From Desulfobacterales bacterium (lineage in GTDB: Bacteria > Desulfobacterota > Desulfobacteria > Desulfobacterales > SpSt-501): a DNA stretch of 64,000 nt. Below are positions 28,008 to 37,641 of this stretch, piece after piece; position 1 is the first letter of the stretch, and every line of letters starts with the position of its first letter. The notes below the pieces were generated by a model, which was not told the DNA's origin, did not search any database, and saw only the letters and a program-made list of their open reading frames with translations. A program made the position numbers and the translations under genes. The DNA lies in the NCBI GenBank assembly GCA_037481615.1, contig JBBFLI010000023.1. The stretch is one strand, 5' to 3'.

Positions 28008-29096
28008 ATGGAAGACCTCTTCCTCGGACCCAAGCGCTATGTGCAGAAGCCCGGCGCCCTGGCCGAGGCGGCCGGGGCGATCCGCGCCTTCGGCCGCCGG
28101 CCGCTGCTGTTGGCCGACGAGACCGTGGAGAGGATCGTCGGCCCGGCGATCCGGGCCGCCGCCCCCCCGCTCGGCCTCGAGCCCCTCTTCCTGCGTTTCG
28201 GGGTGGAGTGCAGCCCGGCCGAGATCGAGCGCGTGGCCGCGGCCGCGGCCGCCGCCGGGGCGGACGTGATCGTGGGGACGGGCGGCGGGAAAGCCCTCGA
28301 CACGGCTCGCGCCGCGGCCGGCCGTCTCGGGCTGCCGCTCGTCACCCTGCCGACGAGCGCGGCCACCTGCGCCGCGACCTCCTCGCTCTCCGTCCTCTAC
28401 GAGGGGGGGATCCGCACCGGCCTGATCGACGGCAAGGCGGCCGAGCTCGTGCTCGTCGACTCCGCCGTCGTGGCCGCCGCCCCCCCGCGGCTGATCGCGG
28501 CCGGGATCGCCGACACGCTCGCCAAGTGGTCCGAAGGCAAGCCCACCTTCGATCGCGACCCCGCCCCCGCCCCCGCGCTGCAGGCGGCGATGGACCTCTC
28601 GACCCGTGCGCGCGAGATCCTCCTGCGGGAGGCGAGGCAGGCCTGCGCGGACGCCCGGGCGGGGAAAGCGACGGCCGCCGTCGAGCACGTGATCGAGTGC
28701 AACCTGCTGCTCGCCGGGATGATCGGCGGCGTGGGCGGCCGGACCTTCCGCGTCGCCCTCGCCCACGGGCTGCTCTACGGCCTCACGGTCCTGCCCGAGA
28801 TCCGTCGGCATCTCCACGGCGAGGTCGTGGGCTGGGGGCTCCTCGTCCAGGCCTGCCTCGAGGGAAAGCGCGAGGAGTTCCGCCTGCTCCGGCGGCTTTT
28901 CCTCGATCTCGGCCTTCCGACCACGATGGCCGACCTGGGCCTCCGCCCTGTCGACGACCCGGGCTTCCGCGAAGGGCTGCGGCGCACCTGCGAGCCGGGA
29001 GGGGCCGCCCACAACCTTGCGGTCCCGGTCGACGAGGAGCGGCTGCTCGCCGCCATCCTCGAGGCCGAGGCCGCGGGACGGGAGGCCGGCCCGTGA
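28008..29096 (+). CDS. Glycerol dehydrogenase-like metal-dependent alcohol dehydrogenase
   Basis: PKRYVQ, GGGKALD, LPTSAATCA, AGIADTLAKW, ALAHG, HLHGEVV. Confidence 0.85.
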   Translation: MEDLFLGPKRYVQKPGALAEAAGAIRAFGRRPLLLADETVERIVGPAIRAAAPPLGLEPLFLRFGVECSPAEIERVAAAAAAAGADVIVGTGGGKALDTARAAAGRLGLPLVTLPTSAATCAATSSLSVLYEGGIRTGLIDGKAAELVLVDSAVVAAAPPRLIAAGIADTLAKWSEGKPTFDRDPAPAPALQAAMDLSTRAREILLREARQACADARAGKATAAVEHVIECNLLLAGMIGGVGGRTFRVALAHGLLYGLTVLPEIRRHLHGEVVGWGLLVQACLEGKREEFRLLRRLFLDLGLPTTMADLGLRPVDDPGFREGLRRTCEPGGAAHNLAVPVDEERLLAAILEAEAAGREAGP

Positions 29097-30637
29097 AGGC
29101 CCCGGTGCTCGTCACCGGGGCGACCGGCTACGTGGGCGGGCGCCTCGTGCCGGCGCTCCTCGCCTGCGGCCATCGCGTGCGGGCGCTCGCGCGCTCGCTC
29201 GAAAAGCTCGCCCGGCGTCCCTGGTACGGCCGGCCCGGAATCGAGCCCGTGCGCGGGGATCTCCTCGATCGCGATTCGCTCACCGCGGCCCTCTCCGGCT
29301 GCGAGGCGGTCTTCTACCTCGTCCATTCGATGATCGCCCAGGGGAGCCGGTTCGCCGAGGCCGACCGCGCGGCCGCGCGCAACCTCGCCTCCGCCGCGGC
29401 CGCCGCCGGGGTGCGGCGGATCCTCTATCTCGGTGGGCTGGCCGCGGAGACGGGCGGCCCCTTGAGCCACCACCTCGCCTCGCGCCTCGAGGTCGCGCGC
29501 ATCCTTTCCGCCGGCAGCGTCCCCGTGACCGAGCTCCGCGCGCCGATGATCCTCGGCTCGGGCTCGGCCTCCTTCGAGATCCTGCGCTACCTCGTCGAGC
29601 GCCTGCCGGTGATGACGACCCCGCGCTGGGTCCGCTCGCAGAACCAGCCGATCGCCATCTCCAACGTCATCGGCTATCTCACCGGCTGCCTCGAGCGCGA
29701 GGGGACGGCGGGCGCCTCCTTCGACATCGGCGGCCCCGATCGGATCACCTACGAGGAACTCTTCCGCATCTACGCCGAGGAGGCGGGGTTGCGGCGGCGG
29801 CTCATCCTGCCCGTGCCGGTCCTCTCGCCGCGGCTCTCCGCGCTCTGGATCCACCTCGTCACCCCGGTCCCGCGGGCGATCGCGCTGCCGCTCGCGGAGG
29901 GGTTGACGAGCGATGCCGTGTGCCGCGAGACGCGCATCCGCGAAGTCGTCCCGCAGCGGCTGCTCTCCTGCCGCGAGGCGATCCGGCTCGCCCTCGAGCG
30001 GCTTCCCCAGGAGCTCTGGAACTCCTGCTGGGGGCCGGACGGCGGGCTGCTGCCCTTCGAGTGGCCCTACTGCGGGGATGCCGATTACGCCGGCGGGACG
30101 CGCCTGCAGATCGCCTACCGCCTGCGGGTCCGGGCGGAGGCGGAGGGCCTCTGGCGGGTCCTCTCGCGCCTGGGCGGGAAAGGGGGCTATTTCGCTTTCG
30201 GCCCCCTGTGGCGGTTGCGGGGGGCGATCGACCGCCAGCTCGGGGGCCGGGGGCTTGCGGATTCGGCGCCCGCGGGCGGGCCGGCCCCGGGGCTGCGCTT
30301 CGATTTCTGGCGCGTGCTCGCCGTCGAGCCCCCGCGCCGGCTGTGCCTGCTCTCCGAGATGAAGGCCCCGGGGGAGGCGCTCTTCGAGCTCGAAATCGAG
30401 GAGGGCGCGGGGGGATGCTGCGAGCTGCGCCTGATCTCGCGCTTTCTCCCCCGCGGCCTTGCGGGGCTGCTCTACTGCAGCCTGCTCGAGCCCGTCCACC
30501 GGGCGGTCTTCCGGGGGATGCTCCTGGCGATCGCCGCCGCGGCGGGGGGGGCCGTCTCCCCCCCCGAGCGCTTTTCCCCCCGCCCGCGACCCGTCTGTTT
30601 CCTCCCGGATCTTCCCGGGCTCGCCTCCTCCCCTTGA
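29093..30637 (+). CDS. YbjT-like atypical SDR with C-terminal DUF2867
   Basis: VLVTGATGYVGGRL, YLVHSM, HLASRLEV, GSGSASFEILRYLVERLP, LWRLRGAIDR, FDFWRV, EMKAPGEA. Confidence 0.88.
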   Translation: MKAPVLVTGATGYVGGRLVPALLACGHRVRALARSLEKLARRPWYGRPGIEPVRGDLLDRDSLTAALSGCEAVFYLVHSMIAQGSRFAEADRAAARNLASAAAAAGVRRILYLGGLAAETGGPLSHHLASRLEVARILSAGSVPVTELRAPMILGSGSASFEILRYLVERLPVMTTPRWVRSQNQPIAISNVIGYLTGCLEREGTAGASFDIGGPDRITYEELFRIYAEEAGLRRRLILPVPVLSPRLSALWIHLVTPVPRAIALPLAEGLTSDAVCRETRIREVVPQRLLSCREAIRLALERLPQELWNSCWGPDGGLLPFEWPYCGDADYAGGTRLQIAYRLRVRAEAEGLWRVLSRLGGKGGYFAFGPLWRLRGAIDRQLGGRGLADSAPAGGPAPGLRFDFWRVLAVEPPRRLCLLSEMKAPGEALFELEIEEGAGGCCELRLISRFLPRGLAGLLYCSLLEPVHRAVFRGMLLAIAAAAGGAVSPPERFSPRPRPVCFLPDLPGLASSP

Positions 30638-30661
30638 CAAGGCCTTTGCGGGGCTTAGTGT
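30634..30661 (+). promoter_or_regulatory. Possible sigma70 promoter of the 103-aa gene
   Basis: TTGACA-N16-TAGTGT. Confidence 0.45.
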
Positions 30662-30727
30662 TGGACACCCTCGTTTGAGGATCGTCGCTTCCAACCCGAT
30701 GACCCGGATTCCAAAAGGAGGTCTCCG

Positions 30728-31039
30728 ATGAACGTGATCGATTACTGCAAGGGAATGGAGATGGAACTCACCGCCTGGAAGGCGAAGATGTACGATCTCA
30801 CGCGCAAGGTGGAAAGCTTGGGCAGCAAGGAGCGCGAGAAGATCCTCCAGAACGTCCAGGATCTGAACATCCTCCTCGCCGACATGCAGGCCCGGATCGA
30901 GCAGCTGCGCAACGAGTGTCCGACGGAGTGGTCGCCCCAGAAGAAGGACATCGACAAGGGAACCGTCGACATGAGGAGCAAGTACGAGGAAACCTTGAAT
31001 TACATCGGCAAGTACGCGCCGGTCTCCATTCCCGGCTGA
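30728..31039 (+). CDS. Small coiled-coil hypothetical protein
   Basis: Strong SD aaggagg, normal codon usage, own candidate promoter and terminator; MELTAWKAKMYD..LRNECPTEWSP. Confidence 0.8.
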   Translation: MNVIDYCKGMEMELTAWKAKMYDLTRKVESLGSKEREKILQNVQDLNILLADMQARIEQLRNECPTEWSPQKKDIDKGTVDMRSKYEETLNYIGKYAPVSIPG

Positions 31040-31071
31040 TTCGATCCCCGCAAACGAAGCCTGTCTCCTCC

Positions 31072-31106
31072 GGCAACGCCCGCCCCGCGGGCGTTGCCTT
31101 TTTTTT
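31072..31106 (+). terminator. Rho-independent terminator
   Basis: GGCAACGCCCGC-CCC-GCGGGCGTTGCC, a 12-bp stem followed by 8 T. Confidence 0.9.
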
Positions 31107-31176
31107 GCCCTTCTGCCACAATCCGCGGGCAAGCCCGGAAGCCCGATCCGCCGATCTTCCCGGAGGAGGCCCCTTC

Positions 31177-32682
31177 ATGCGGAAATTTGCGCTCACGGCC
31201 CTGCTCCTGGCCGCGGTGTTCCCCGCGCGCCTCTCTTTCGCCGCGGCACCGGTCAGCCCGGCGACCGAGAGCTGCCTCGACTGCCACCGCCAGATCCACC
31301 CCGGGATCGTGGCCGACTGGGAAAAAAGCCGCCACGCCCGGGTCACGCCGGCCGAGGCGCTGGCGGCCCGGGGGTCGGCCCGCAGGCTCTCGGCAAGCGC
31401 GGTCCCCGCCGCGCTCGAAGGCCACGCCGTGGGCTGCGCCGAGTGCCACGGGCTGCGGCCCGGGGAGCACGCCGACACCTTCGAGCACAACGGCTTCGAC
31501 ATCCACCTGGTCGTCAGCCCGGGCGACTGCCGCACCTGCCACCCCGAGGAGGCCTCCCAGTACGCCGAGAACCTCATGTCCCGTGCCTACGGCAATCTCG
31601 CCGGAAACCCCGTTTTCGCCGACCTCGAACACACGATTTTGGGGCGCATCCGGACCGGCCGGAGCCAGGTCGTGATCGAGCCCGCCGCCGAGCCGACCCG
31701 GGCCGAGGGCTGCTACTCTTGCCACGGCACGAAGCTCAAGGTCGCCGGCAGGCAGTCCCGCGCCACCGAGCTCGCCGGCGAGCTTGAGTTTCCGGTGATC
31801 GAGGGCTGGCCGAACCAGGGCGTGGGCCGCGTGAACCTGGACGGGACCCTCGGTTCCTGCGCCGCCTGCCACACGCGGCACCTCTTTTCGGTGAAGACCG
31901 CCCGCAAGCCTCACACCTGCAAGGAGTGCCACATCGGGCCCGATGTCCCGGCCTTCAAGGTCTACGAGGCGAGCAAGCACGGGAACCTCTTCTCCACCCA
32001 CGCCGCGGAGTGGGACTTCGCACGCGTGCCCTGGACCGTGGGCCGGGATTTTACCGCCCCGACCTGCGCCGTCTGCCATGTAAGCGCACTCGTCACCCCG
32101 GAAGGCGAGACCGTGGCGCGGAGAACCCACCGCATGAACGACCGGCTCCCGTGGCGGATCTTCGGCCTGGTCTACGCCCACCCTCACCCCCTCTCCCCGG
32201 ACACGACGGTCATCCGCAACGCGGCCGGGATGCCGCTCCCGACCGACCTCTCCGGGAAACCGGCCGAGGGCTTCCTGATCGGCCGGGAGGAGATGGAGCG
32301 GCGCCGCGCGACGCTCCAGGCGGTCTGTCTCTCCTGCCACGGCAGCTCCTGGGTGAACGGCTTCTGGGCGCGCTTCGAACACACGATCGCCGAGACGAAC
32401 ACCAAAACCCGCGATGCGACGGCCGTCCTCGAAGAGATCTGGAAGGCGGGGCTCGCCGCCGGGCCCCCGCGCGGGGCAAGCCCCTTCGATGAGCCGATCG
32501 AGCGCCGTTGGGCCGATGTCTGGCTCATCTACGCGAACACGATCCGTTTCGCCTCGGCCATGGCCGGGGGGGGCGACTACGGGGTCTTCGCCGACGGCCG
32601 TCACCGCCTGAACCAGGCGATCGCCGCGCTCGACGAGTGGCGCCGCGAACGCCTGAAGGCCAAGACCCCGGCGAAACCGTGA
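31177..32682 (+). CDS. Octaheme cytochrome c, hydroxylamine oxidoreductase (HAO)-like
   Basis: Signal peptide; 8 CxxCH motifs (CLDCH, CAECH, CRTCH, CYSCH, CAACH, CKECH, CAVCH, CLSCH); WPNQGVGRVNLDG, CHTRHLFS, CHIGPD, YEASKHG, APTC. Confidence 0.9.
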   Translation: MRKFALTALLLAAVFPARLSFAAAPVSPATESCLDCHRQIHPGIVADWEKSRHARVTPAEALAARGSARRLSASAVPAALEGHAVGCAECHGLRPGEHADTFEHNGFDIHLVVSPGDCRTCHPEEASQYAENLMSRAYGNLAGNPVFADLEHTILGRIRTGRSQVVIEPAAEPTRAEGCYSCHGTKLKVAGRQSRATELAGELEFPVIEGWPNQGVGRVNLDGTLGSCAACHTRHLFSVKTARKPHTCKECHIGPDVPAFKVYEASKHGNLFSTHAAEWDFARVPWTVGRDFTAPTCAVCHVSALVTPEGETVARRTHRMNDRLPWRIFGLVYAHPHPLSPDTTVIRNAAGMPLPTDLSGKPAEGFLIGREEMERRRATLQAVCLSCHGSSWVNGFWARFEHTIAETNTKTRDATAVLEEIWKAGLAAGPPRGASPFDEPIERRWADVWLIYANTIRFASAMAGGGDYGVFADGRHRLNQAIAALDEWRRERLKAKTPAKP

Positions 32683-32707
32683 ACGGGGGAACCCCGCGGG
32701 TCGGCCC

Positions 32708-34087
32708 ATGACGCTCCCCGGCATCCCCGCCGGCCGCATCCAGCGGCTGAACGACCGGCCGCCCGGCCGCGGCCGCTTCGTCCTCTACTGGATGCAGCAA
32801 TCCCAGCGCGCGGAGGAAAACCCCGCGCTCGAGTTCGCGGCCGCCGAGGCGAACCGCCTCGCGCTGCCGCTCGTCGTCGCCTTCGGCCTGACCGACGACT
32901 ACCCGGAGGCGAACCTCCGGCATTACGCCTTCCTGCTCGAGGGGTTGAGCGAGACCGCCCGCAGCCTCGCGCGCCGCGGGATCGGTTTCGTGCTGCGCCG
33001 CGGCTCGCCGCCCGAGGTGGCGCTCGCCGTCGGCCGCGAGGCGGCCCTCCTCGTCTGCGATCGGGGCTATCTTCGCCACCAGCGCGCTTGGCGAAGGCAT
33101 GTAGCGCGCGAGGCCGCCTGCCCCGTCGTCCAGGTCGAGGGCGATGTCGTCGTCCCCGTGGAGGAGGCCTCCGGCAAGGCCGAGATCGGGGCGCGCACGC
33201 TGAGACCGCGGATCCGCAGGCTGCTCGACGCCCACCTCGAACTGCCGCCCGTCGTCGCCCTCGAGCAGCCGGCGCGGGGCCTGCGGCTCGAGGGGCTCGA
33301 GGCGCGCGACCCCGCGGCGCTGCTCGCCGCACTTTCCATCGACCGGCGGGTCCCCCCCGTGCCGCGCTTCTTCCGCGGGGGGACGGCCGAGGCGAAGCGC
33401 CGCTTCGCGCGTTTCGTCCGCGAGCGGCTGGCTCGGTACGCCGCGAACCGCAACCAGCCCCAGACCGACGACGTCTCCGCGATCAGCCCCTACCTCCACT
33501 TCGGTCAGGTTTCGCCCGTGTGGCTGGCTCTCGCCGTGCGCGAGGCCGACGTACCGGGAGCGGCTCGCGAGGCCTTTCTCGAGGAGCTGATCGTGCGCCG
33601 CGAGCTCGCCTGCAACTTCGTCTTCTACCGGGAGGACTACGACCGCTTCCGCGTGATCCCCGACTGGGCCTGGAAAAGCCTCCGGCTCCACCGCCGCGAC
33701 CCGCGGCCACACCGCTACACGGACGCCGAGCTCGAGAACGCCCGCACCCACGACCCCTACTGGAACGCCGCGATGCGCGAGATGGTCTGCACGGGCTTCC
33801 TGCACAACGCGATGCGCATGTACTGGGGAAAGAAAATCCTCGAGTGGTCGGAAGACCCCGAAGAGGGCTTCGTGCGGACGCTCGCCTTGAACAACCGCTG
33901 GTTCCTCGACGGTCGCGACCCCAACTCCTACGCCGGCGTGGCCTGGATCTACGGCATGCACGACCGCGCCTGGCCCGAGCGGCCGATCTACGGCAAGGTG
34001 CGCACGATGACCGCCTCCGGGCTCGAGCGCAAGTGCGACATCGCGGCCTACGTGCGCAAGGTGGAGCGGCGGTGCGCGGGCGGGTGA
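32708..34087 (+). CDS. phrB: Class II CPD DNA photolyase
   Basis: VLYWMQQSQRAEEN, SPYLHFGQVS, FLEELIVRREL, THDPYWNAA, MRMYWGKKILEW, DGRDPNSY, HDRAWPERPIYGKVR. Confidence 0.93.
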   Translation: MTLPGIPAGRIQRLNDRPPGRGRFVLYWMQQSQRAEENPALEFAAAEANRLALPLVVAFGLTDDYPEANLRHYAFLLEGLSETARSLARRGIGFVLRRGSPPEVALAVGREAALLVCDRGYLRHQRAWRRHVAREAACPVVQVEGDVVVPVEEASGKAEIGARTLRPRIRRLLDAHLELPPVVALEQPARGLRLEGLEARDPAALLAALSIDRRVPPVPRFFRGGTAEAKRRFARFVRERLARYAANRNQPQTDDVSAISPYLHFGQVSPVWLALAVREADVPGAAREAFLEELIVRRELACNFVFYREDYDRFRVIPDWAWKSLRLHRRDPRPHRYTDAELENARTHDPYWNAAMREMVCTGFLHNAMRMYWGKKILEWSEDPEEGFVRTLALNNRWFLDGRDPNSYAGVAWIYGMHDRAWPERPIYGKVRTMTASGLERKCDIAAYVRKVERRCAGG

Positions 34088-35661
34088 AGAACCCCCCGGG
34101 CGCGCGGGGCGAGCCGGCCCCCGCGACCCACGCGGTGCGCCTGGTTCTCGGCGACCAGCTGAACCCGGCCCACTCCTGGTTTTCGCGGCCCGACCCGGGG
34201 GTGCTCTATGTCCTGATGGAGGTGCGCCAGGAGACCGATTACGTCAAGCACCATGTCCAGAAGGTGGCCGCCTTCTTCGCCGCCATGCGCGCCTTCGCCC
34301 GGCACCTCGCCGCCCGCGGCCACCGCGTGGAGTACATCCCGCTCGACGACCCGCGGAACACACAGCGCATCCCCGAGAACCTGCGCCGCATCCTCGCCCG
34401 CGAGCGGGCCGGCCGCTTCGAGTACCTTCTGCCCGACGAGCTGCGCCTCGACCGCGAGCTCGCCCGATTCGCCGCCGCCCTCGACATCCCCGCCGCGGCG
34501 CACGACACCGAGCATTTCCTGACCGGGCGCGCGGAGCTCTCGCGGTTCTTCCGGGGCGGCCGGCGCTTTCTGCTCGAGTCGTTCTACCGCCACCTGCGCC
34601 GGCGCTTTGCGATCCTGCTTTCGCCCGACGGCCGACCCGCGGGCGGCGCCTGGAACTTCGACCGCGAAAACCGCCGGCCCTACGACGGCCGCGTTCCCGT
34701 GCCGGCGCCGCTCCTCTTCGAAAACGACGTGCGGCCGATTCTCGCCACGATCCGCGACTGCGGCGTCCGAACCTTCGGGGAGATCGACCCCGCCCGGCTC
34801 CCCTGGCCGGTCGACCGCGGCCAGGCGGAGCGGCTGCTCGCCCACTTCATCGAAAAGGGGCTCCCCCGTTTCGGCACCTACCAGGACGCGATGAGCCTCG
34901 AGCACTGGGCGCTGTTCCACAGCCGGCTCTCGTTTGCCCTCAACGTGAAGCTCCTCCACCCCCGGGAGGTGATCCGGGCGGCGGTCGACGCCCACGAGGC
35001 GGACCCGGCGCGGGTCGGGATCGCCCAGGTCGAGGGTTTCGTGCGCCAGATCCTCGGCTGGCGGGAGTACATGCGGGGGGTCTACTGGGCGCTCATGCCG
35101 GAGTTGGAGAAGATGAACGCCCTCGGCCACGACCGGCCGCTTCCCGCCTTCTACTGGACCGGCGAGACGGGGATGCGCTGTGTCGCCGCCGTCGTGCGCC
35201 AGTCCCTCGAGCGCGCCTGGGCGCACCACATCCAGCGGCTGATGGTCACCGGGAATTTCGCGTTGCTCGCCGGCGTGCACCCCGACGAGGTGGACGCCTG
35301 GTACCTCGGCATCTACATCGACGCCATCCAGTGGGTGGAACTGCCGAACACGCGCGCCATGAGCCAGTTCGCCGACGGCGGCCGGGTGGCGACCAAGCCC
35401 TACGTCTCCGCGGCGAACTACCTCCGCCGGATGAGCGACTACTGCGACGCCTGCCGCTACGACCCGGCGCGGCGCACGGGGGGCGAGGCCTGCCCCTTCA
35501 ACGCCCTCTACTGGGACTTTTTTTCCCGCCACCGCGGGAAGCTCGCCCGCAACCCGCGCCTTTCCCTCGTCTACCGCAGCCTGGACCGGATGGCGCCGGC
35601 CGAGAGGCGCGCGCTGCTCGCCCACGCGGCAAGCCTGCGCGAAAGACTCGAAGGGCTCTGA
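34084..35661 (+). CDS. FeS-BCP cryptochrome/(6-4) photolyase (Agrobacterium PhrB/CryB-like)
   Basis: LVLGDQL, HHVQK, WNFDRENR, FGTYQDAM, EGFVRQILGWREY, AHHIQRLMV; four candidate Fe-S cysteines (MRC, DYCDAC, ACPFN). Start uncertain (GTG 34084). Confidence 0.92.
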   Translation: MKNPPGARGEPAPATHAVRLVLGDQLNPAHSWFSRPDPGVLYVLMEVRQETDYVKHHVQKVAAFFAAMRAFARHLAARGHRVEYIPLDDPRNTQRIPENLRRILARERAGRFEYLLPDELRLDRELARFAAALDIPAAAHDTEHFLTGRAELSRFFRGGRRFLLESFYRHLRRRFAILLSPDGRPAGGAWNFDRENRRPYDGRVPVPAPLLFENDVRPILATIRDCGVRTFGEIDPARLPWPVDRGQAERLLAHFIEKGLPRFGTYQDAMSLEHWALFHSRLSFALNVKLLHPREVIRAAVDAHEADPARVGIAQVEGFVRQILGWREYMRGVYWALMPELEKMNALGHDRPLPAFYWTGETGMRCVAAVVRQSLERAWAHHIQRLMVTGNFALLAGVHPDEVDAWYLGIYIDAIQWVELPNTRAMSQFADGGRVATKPYVSAANYLRRMSDYCDACRYDPARRTGGEACPFNALYWDFFSRHRGKLARNPRLSLVYRSLDRMAPAERRALLAHAASLRERLEGL

Positions 35662-35728
35662 GCCCGCTCGGCGAAGGCCGAGCCCGGCAGGGGAAGAATG
35701 CGTCCGGGCGGGCTTTCCCGAAAGCGGG

Positions 35729-36265
35729 CTATCGGCGGAGGTTCCCGCGGGGGAGGACGGGAGCCCGGGCGGCACGCAGGATGAGGAAGCCGCGCCGGAG
35801 GGCGAACACGAGGAAGGCGGCGAAGAAGAGGGCCGCATCGATCGGGTTGCTTTTGAGCGCCATGCGGGTCACCTCGCCCCAGCCGGTCGAGCCCTGCGAG
35901 AAGAAGACCGCGAGCGGCCAGAACCAGGAGACCCCGGAGGAGGAGAGCGCCCCGTCGGCGGCGACGTGCGAGACCACGAAAAGAAAGGCCGCGCCGAAAC
36001 CGATCCGCGGCAGCCCCTTCCAGAGCGCGGCCGCACGGGCGTAGAGCAGGGCCGCAACGAGGGCGAAGAGCAGGCTGTGCGTCGGGCCGCGATGGAAGGC
36101 GCTCCCGTTCCAGGCCCACAGCAGGCCGAGGAAGACGTCGACGTCGGGGAGGTTCGCGAGCAGCGCGGCCGCCAGCGGGGTTTTCCAGTCTTCGAAGGCC
36201 GAGCGGTTCGTCACCCCCTCGTAGAGGGCGAGCCCGATCGCCGTGTGTCCCAGGGGCAGCGGCAT
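35729..36265 (-). CDS. YdjM-like membrane metal-dependent hydrolase
   Basis: PLGHTAIG, LANLPDVD, HRGPTHSL, SHVAAD, FWPL. Confidence 0.85.
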   Translation of the reverse strand: MPLPLGHTAIGLALYEGVTNRSAFEDWKTPLAAALLANLPDVDVFLGLLWAWNGSAFHRGPTHSLLFALVAALLYARAAALWKGLPRIGFGAAFLFVVSHVAADGALSSSGVSWFWPLAVFFSQGSTGWGEVTRMALKSNPIDAALFFAAFLVFALRRGFLILRAARAPVLPRGNLRR

Positions 36266-36346
36266 GTTCCGAGTGAACCTCCCTCCGCGGGGCGAAAACG
36301 CCCGCCCGCTTAGCCGGCGGGTATCCTGTGATTCCAGATTGCCGAT

Positions 36347-36362
36347 TGCAGAATGCATGCCA
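36347..36362 (-). promoter_or_regulatory. Sigma54 promoter candidate for the ydjM-like gene
   Basis: Minus strand TGGCATGCATTCTGCA (GG-N10-GC), about 80 nt upstream of the ATG, in an AT-richer intergenic region. Confidence 0.55.
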
Positions 36363-36484
36363 CCGGGCAAAAAGGGGGTGTTCCTTCGAATCCTTATTGA
36401 TTTCAGGTGATTGTCATGTAGCGGGGCGGTGCGGAAAACGCGTCTGCCCGTTCATTGGGGATTTCCACTCCACTTCCGGGGAAA

Positions 36485-36601
36485 TCATTTGCCCAGAGAG
36501 AAGAGCAGGCGCACCGCGCCCGCGAGGAGCAGCGCCGCGCACAGGCCTCCCGCCCAGAGGGCCGCAAACCAGGCCCATTGCCGCTTAGTAGCCGCTTTCA
36601 T
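36485..36601 (-). CDS. 38-aa single-helix membrane protein downstream of cydB (DUF2474-like cytochrome bd accessory)
   Basis: The ATG overlaps the cydB 3' end; MKAATKRQWAWFAALWAGGLCAALLLAGAVRLLFSLGK*. Too short for the ORF track. Confidence 0.7.
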   Translation of the reverse strand: MKAATKRQWAWFAALWAGGLCAALLLAGAVRLLFSLGK

Positions 36602-37604
36602 GGGAGGCCTTGCCCCGAAAGACGAAGTAGCAGTAGGCCGTGTAGGCGAGCACGATCGGAAGCAGGATCAAGGTCCCGACGAGGAGCAGCGACTGCGAGG
36701 GTCCGGCGGCTGCGGCCTGGCGGAAGCTCACCTCGTAGGGCACGGCGTAGGGATAGAGGCTGATCCCCAGCCCCAGGTAGGCGGTGAGAAAGACCCCGAT
36801 CGCGCAGAGGAAGGGCCGCACCTCGCGCTCCGATCCCAGGTCTTTCCAGATGAGCAGGATGAGAACGAGGCTCGCGGTGGGGATCGGGGCGAGATAGAAG
36901 AGGTTGGGCGGCGTCCACCACAGGGCGCGGATGTCGGGGTTGATGAACGGCATGCTCACGCTCACGATCGCCAGGAACACGGCCACCCAGCCGAGGCTGT
37001 AGGCCGCCGCCCGGCGGGCCCACTGCTGCGTCTGCTCGTCGGTCTTCATGACGAGCCAGGTCGCCCCCAGCAGGCCGTAGCCGAAGACGAGCGCCACCCC
37101 GGTCATCACGCTGTAGCCGTTCAACCAGTCGAAGGCGCCGCCGACGAAGCTCCGCCCCTCGACCGGCACCCCCTGGACCACGGCGCCGATGATCGTGCCC
37201 TGCATGAAGGCCGCGGTGAGGGAGCCGAAGTGGAAGGCCGTGTCCCAGAGGCCGCGTTTCCCCTCCGGCGCCTTGAAACGGAACTCGAAGGCGACCCCGC
37301 GGAAGATCAGCCCGAGCAGCATGGCGATCACCGGGACGTAGAGGGCGGGCATGAGGATCGCGTAGGCGAGCGGAAAGGCGGCGAAGAGGCCGCCGCCGCC
37401 CAGGATCAGCCAGGTCTCGTTTCCGTCCCAGAACGGGGCGATCGAGTTCATCATGCGGTTGCGACAGGTCTCCGAGGGGGCGAAGGGGAAGAGGATCCCC
37501 ACGCCCAGGTCGAAGCCGTCGAGGACGATATAGAGCAGGACCGCGACCAGGATCAGTCCGTACCACACGAGCGGCAGGTCGACCAAGTGCTCCAGGCTGA
37601 ACAT
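36585..37604 (-). CDS. cydB: Cytochrome bd ubiquinol oxidase subunit II (CioB type)
   Basis: YIVLDGFDLGVGIL, APFWDGNETWLILGG, FRGVAFEFR, YTAYCYFVFRGK. Confidence 0.95.
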   Translation of the reverse strand: MFSLEHLVDLPLVWYGLILVAVLLYIVLDGFDLGVGILFPFAPSETCRNRMMNSIAPFWDGNETWLILGGGGLFAAFPLAYAILMPALYVPVIAMLLGLIFRGVAFEFRFKAPEGKRGLWDTAFHFGSLTAAFMQGTIIGAVVQGVPVEGRSFVGGAFDWLNGYSVMTGVALVFGYGLLGATWLVMKTDEQTQQWARRAAAYSLGWVAVFLAIVSVSMPFINPDIRALWWTPPNLFYLAPIPTASLVLILLIWKDLGSEREVRPFLCAIGVFLTAYLGLGISLYPYAVPYEVSFRQAAAAGPSQSLLLVGTLILLPIVLAYTAYCYFVFRGKASHESGY

Positions 37605-37641
37605 GGCGTGCCCCTTTCCTTGCTCCCGGCGGGTTCCGGTT

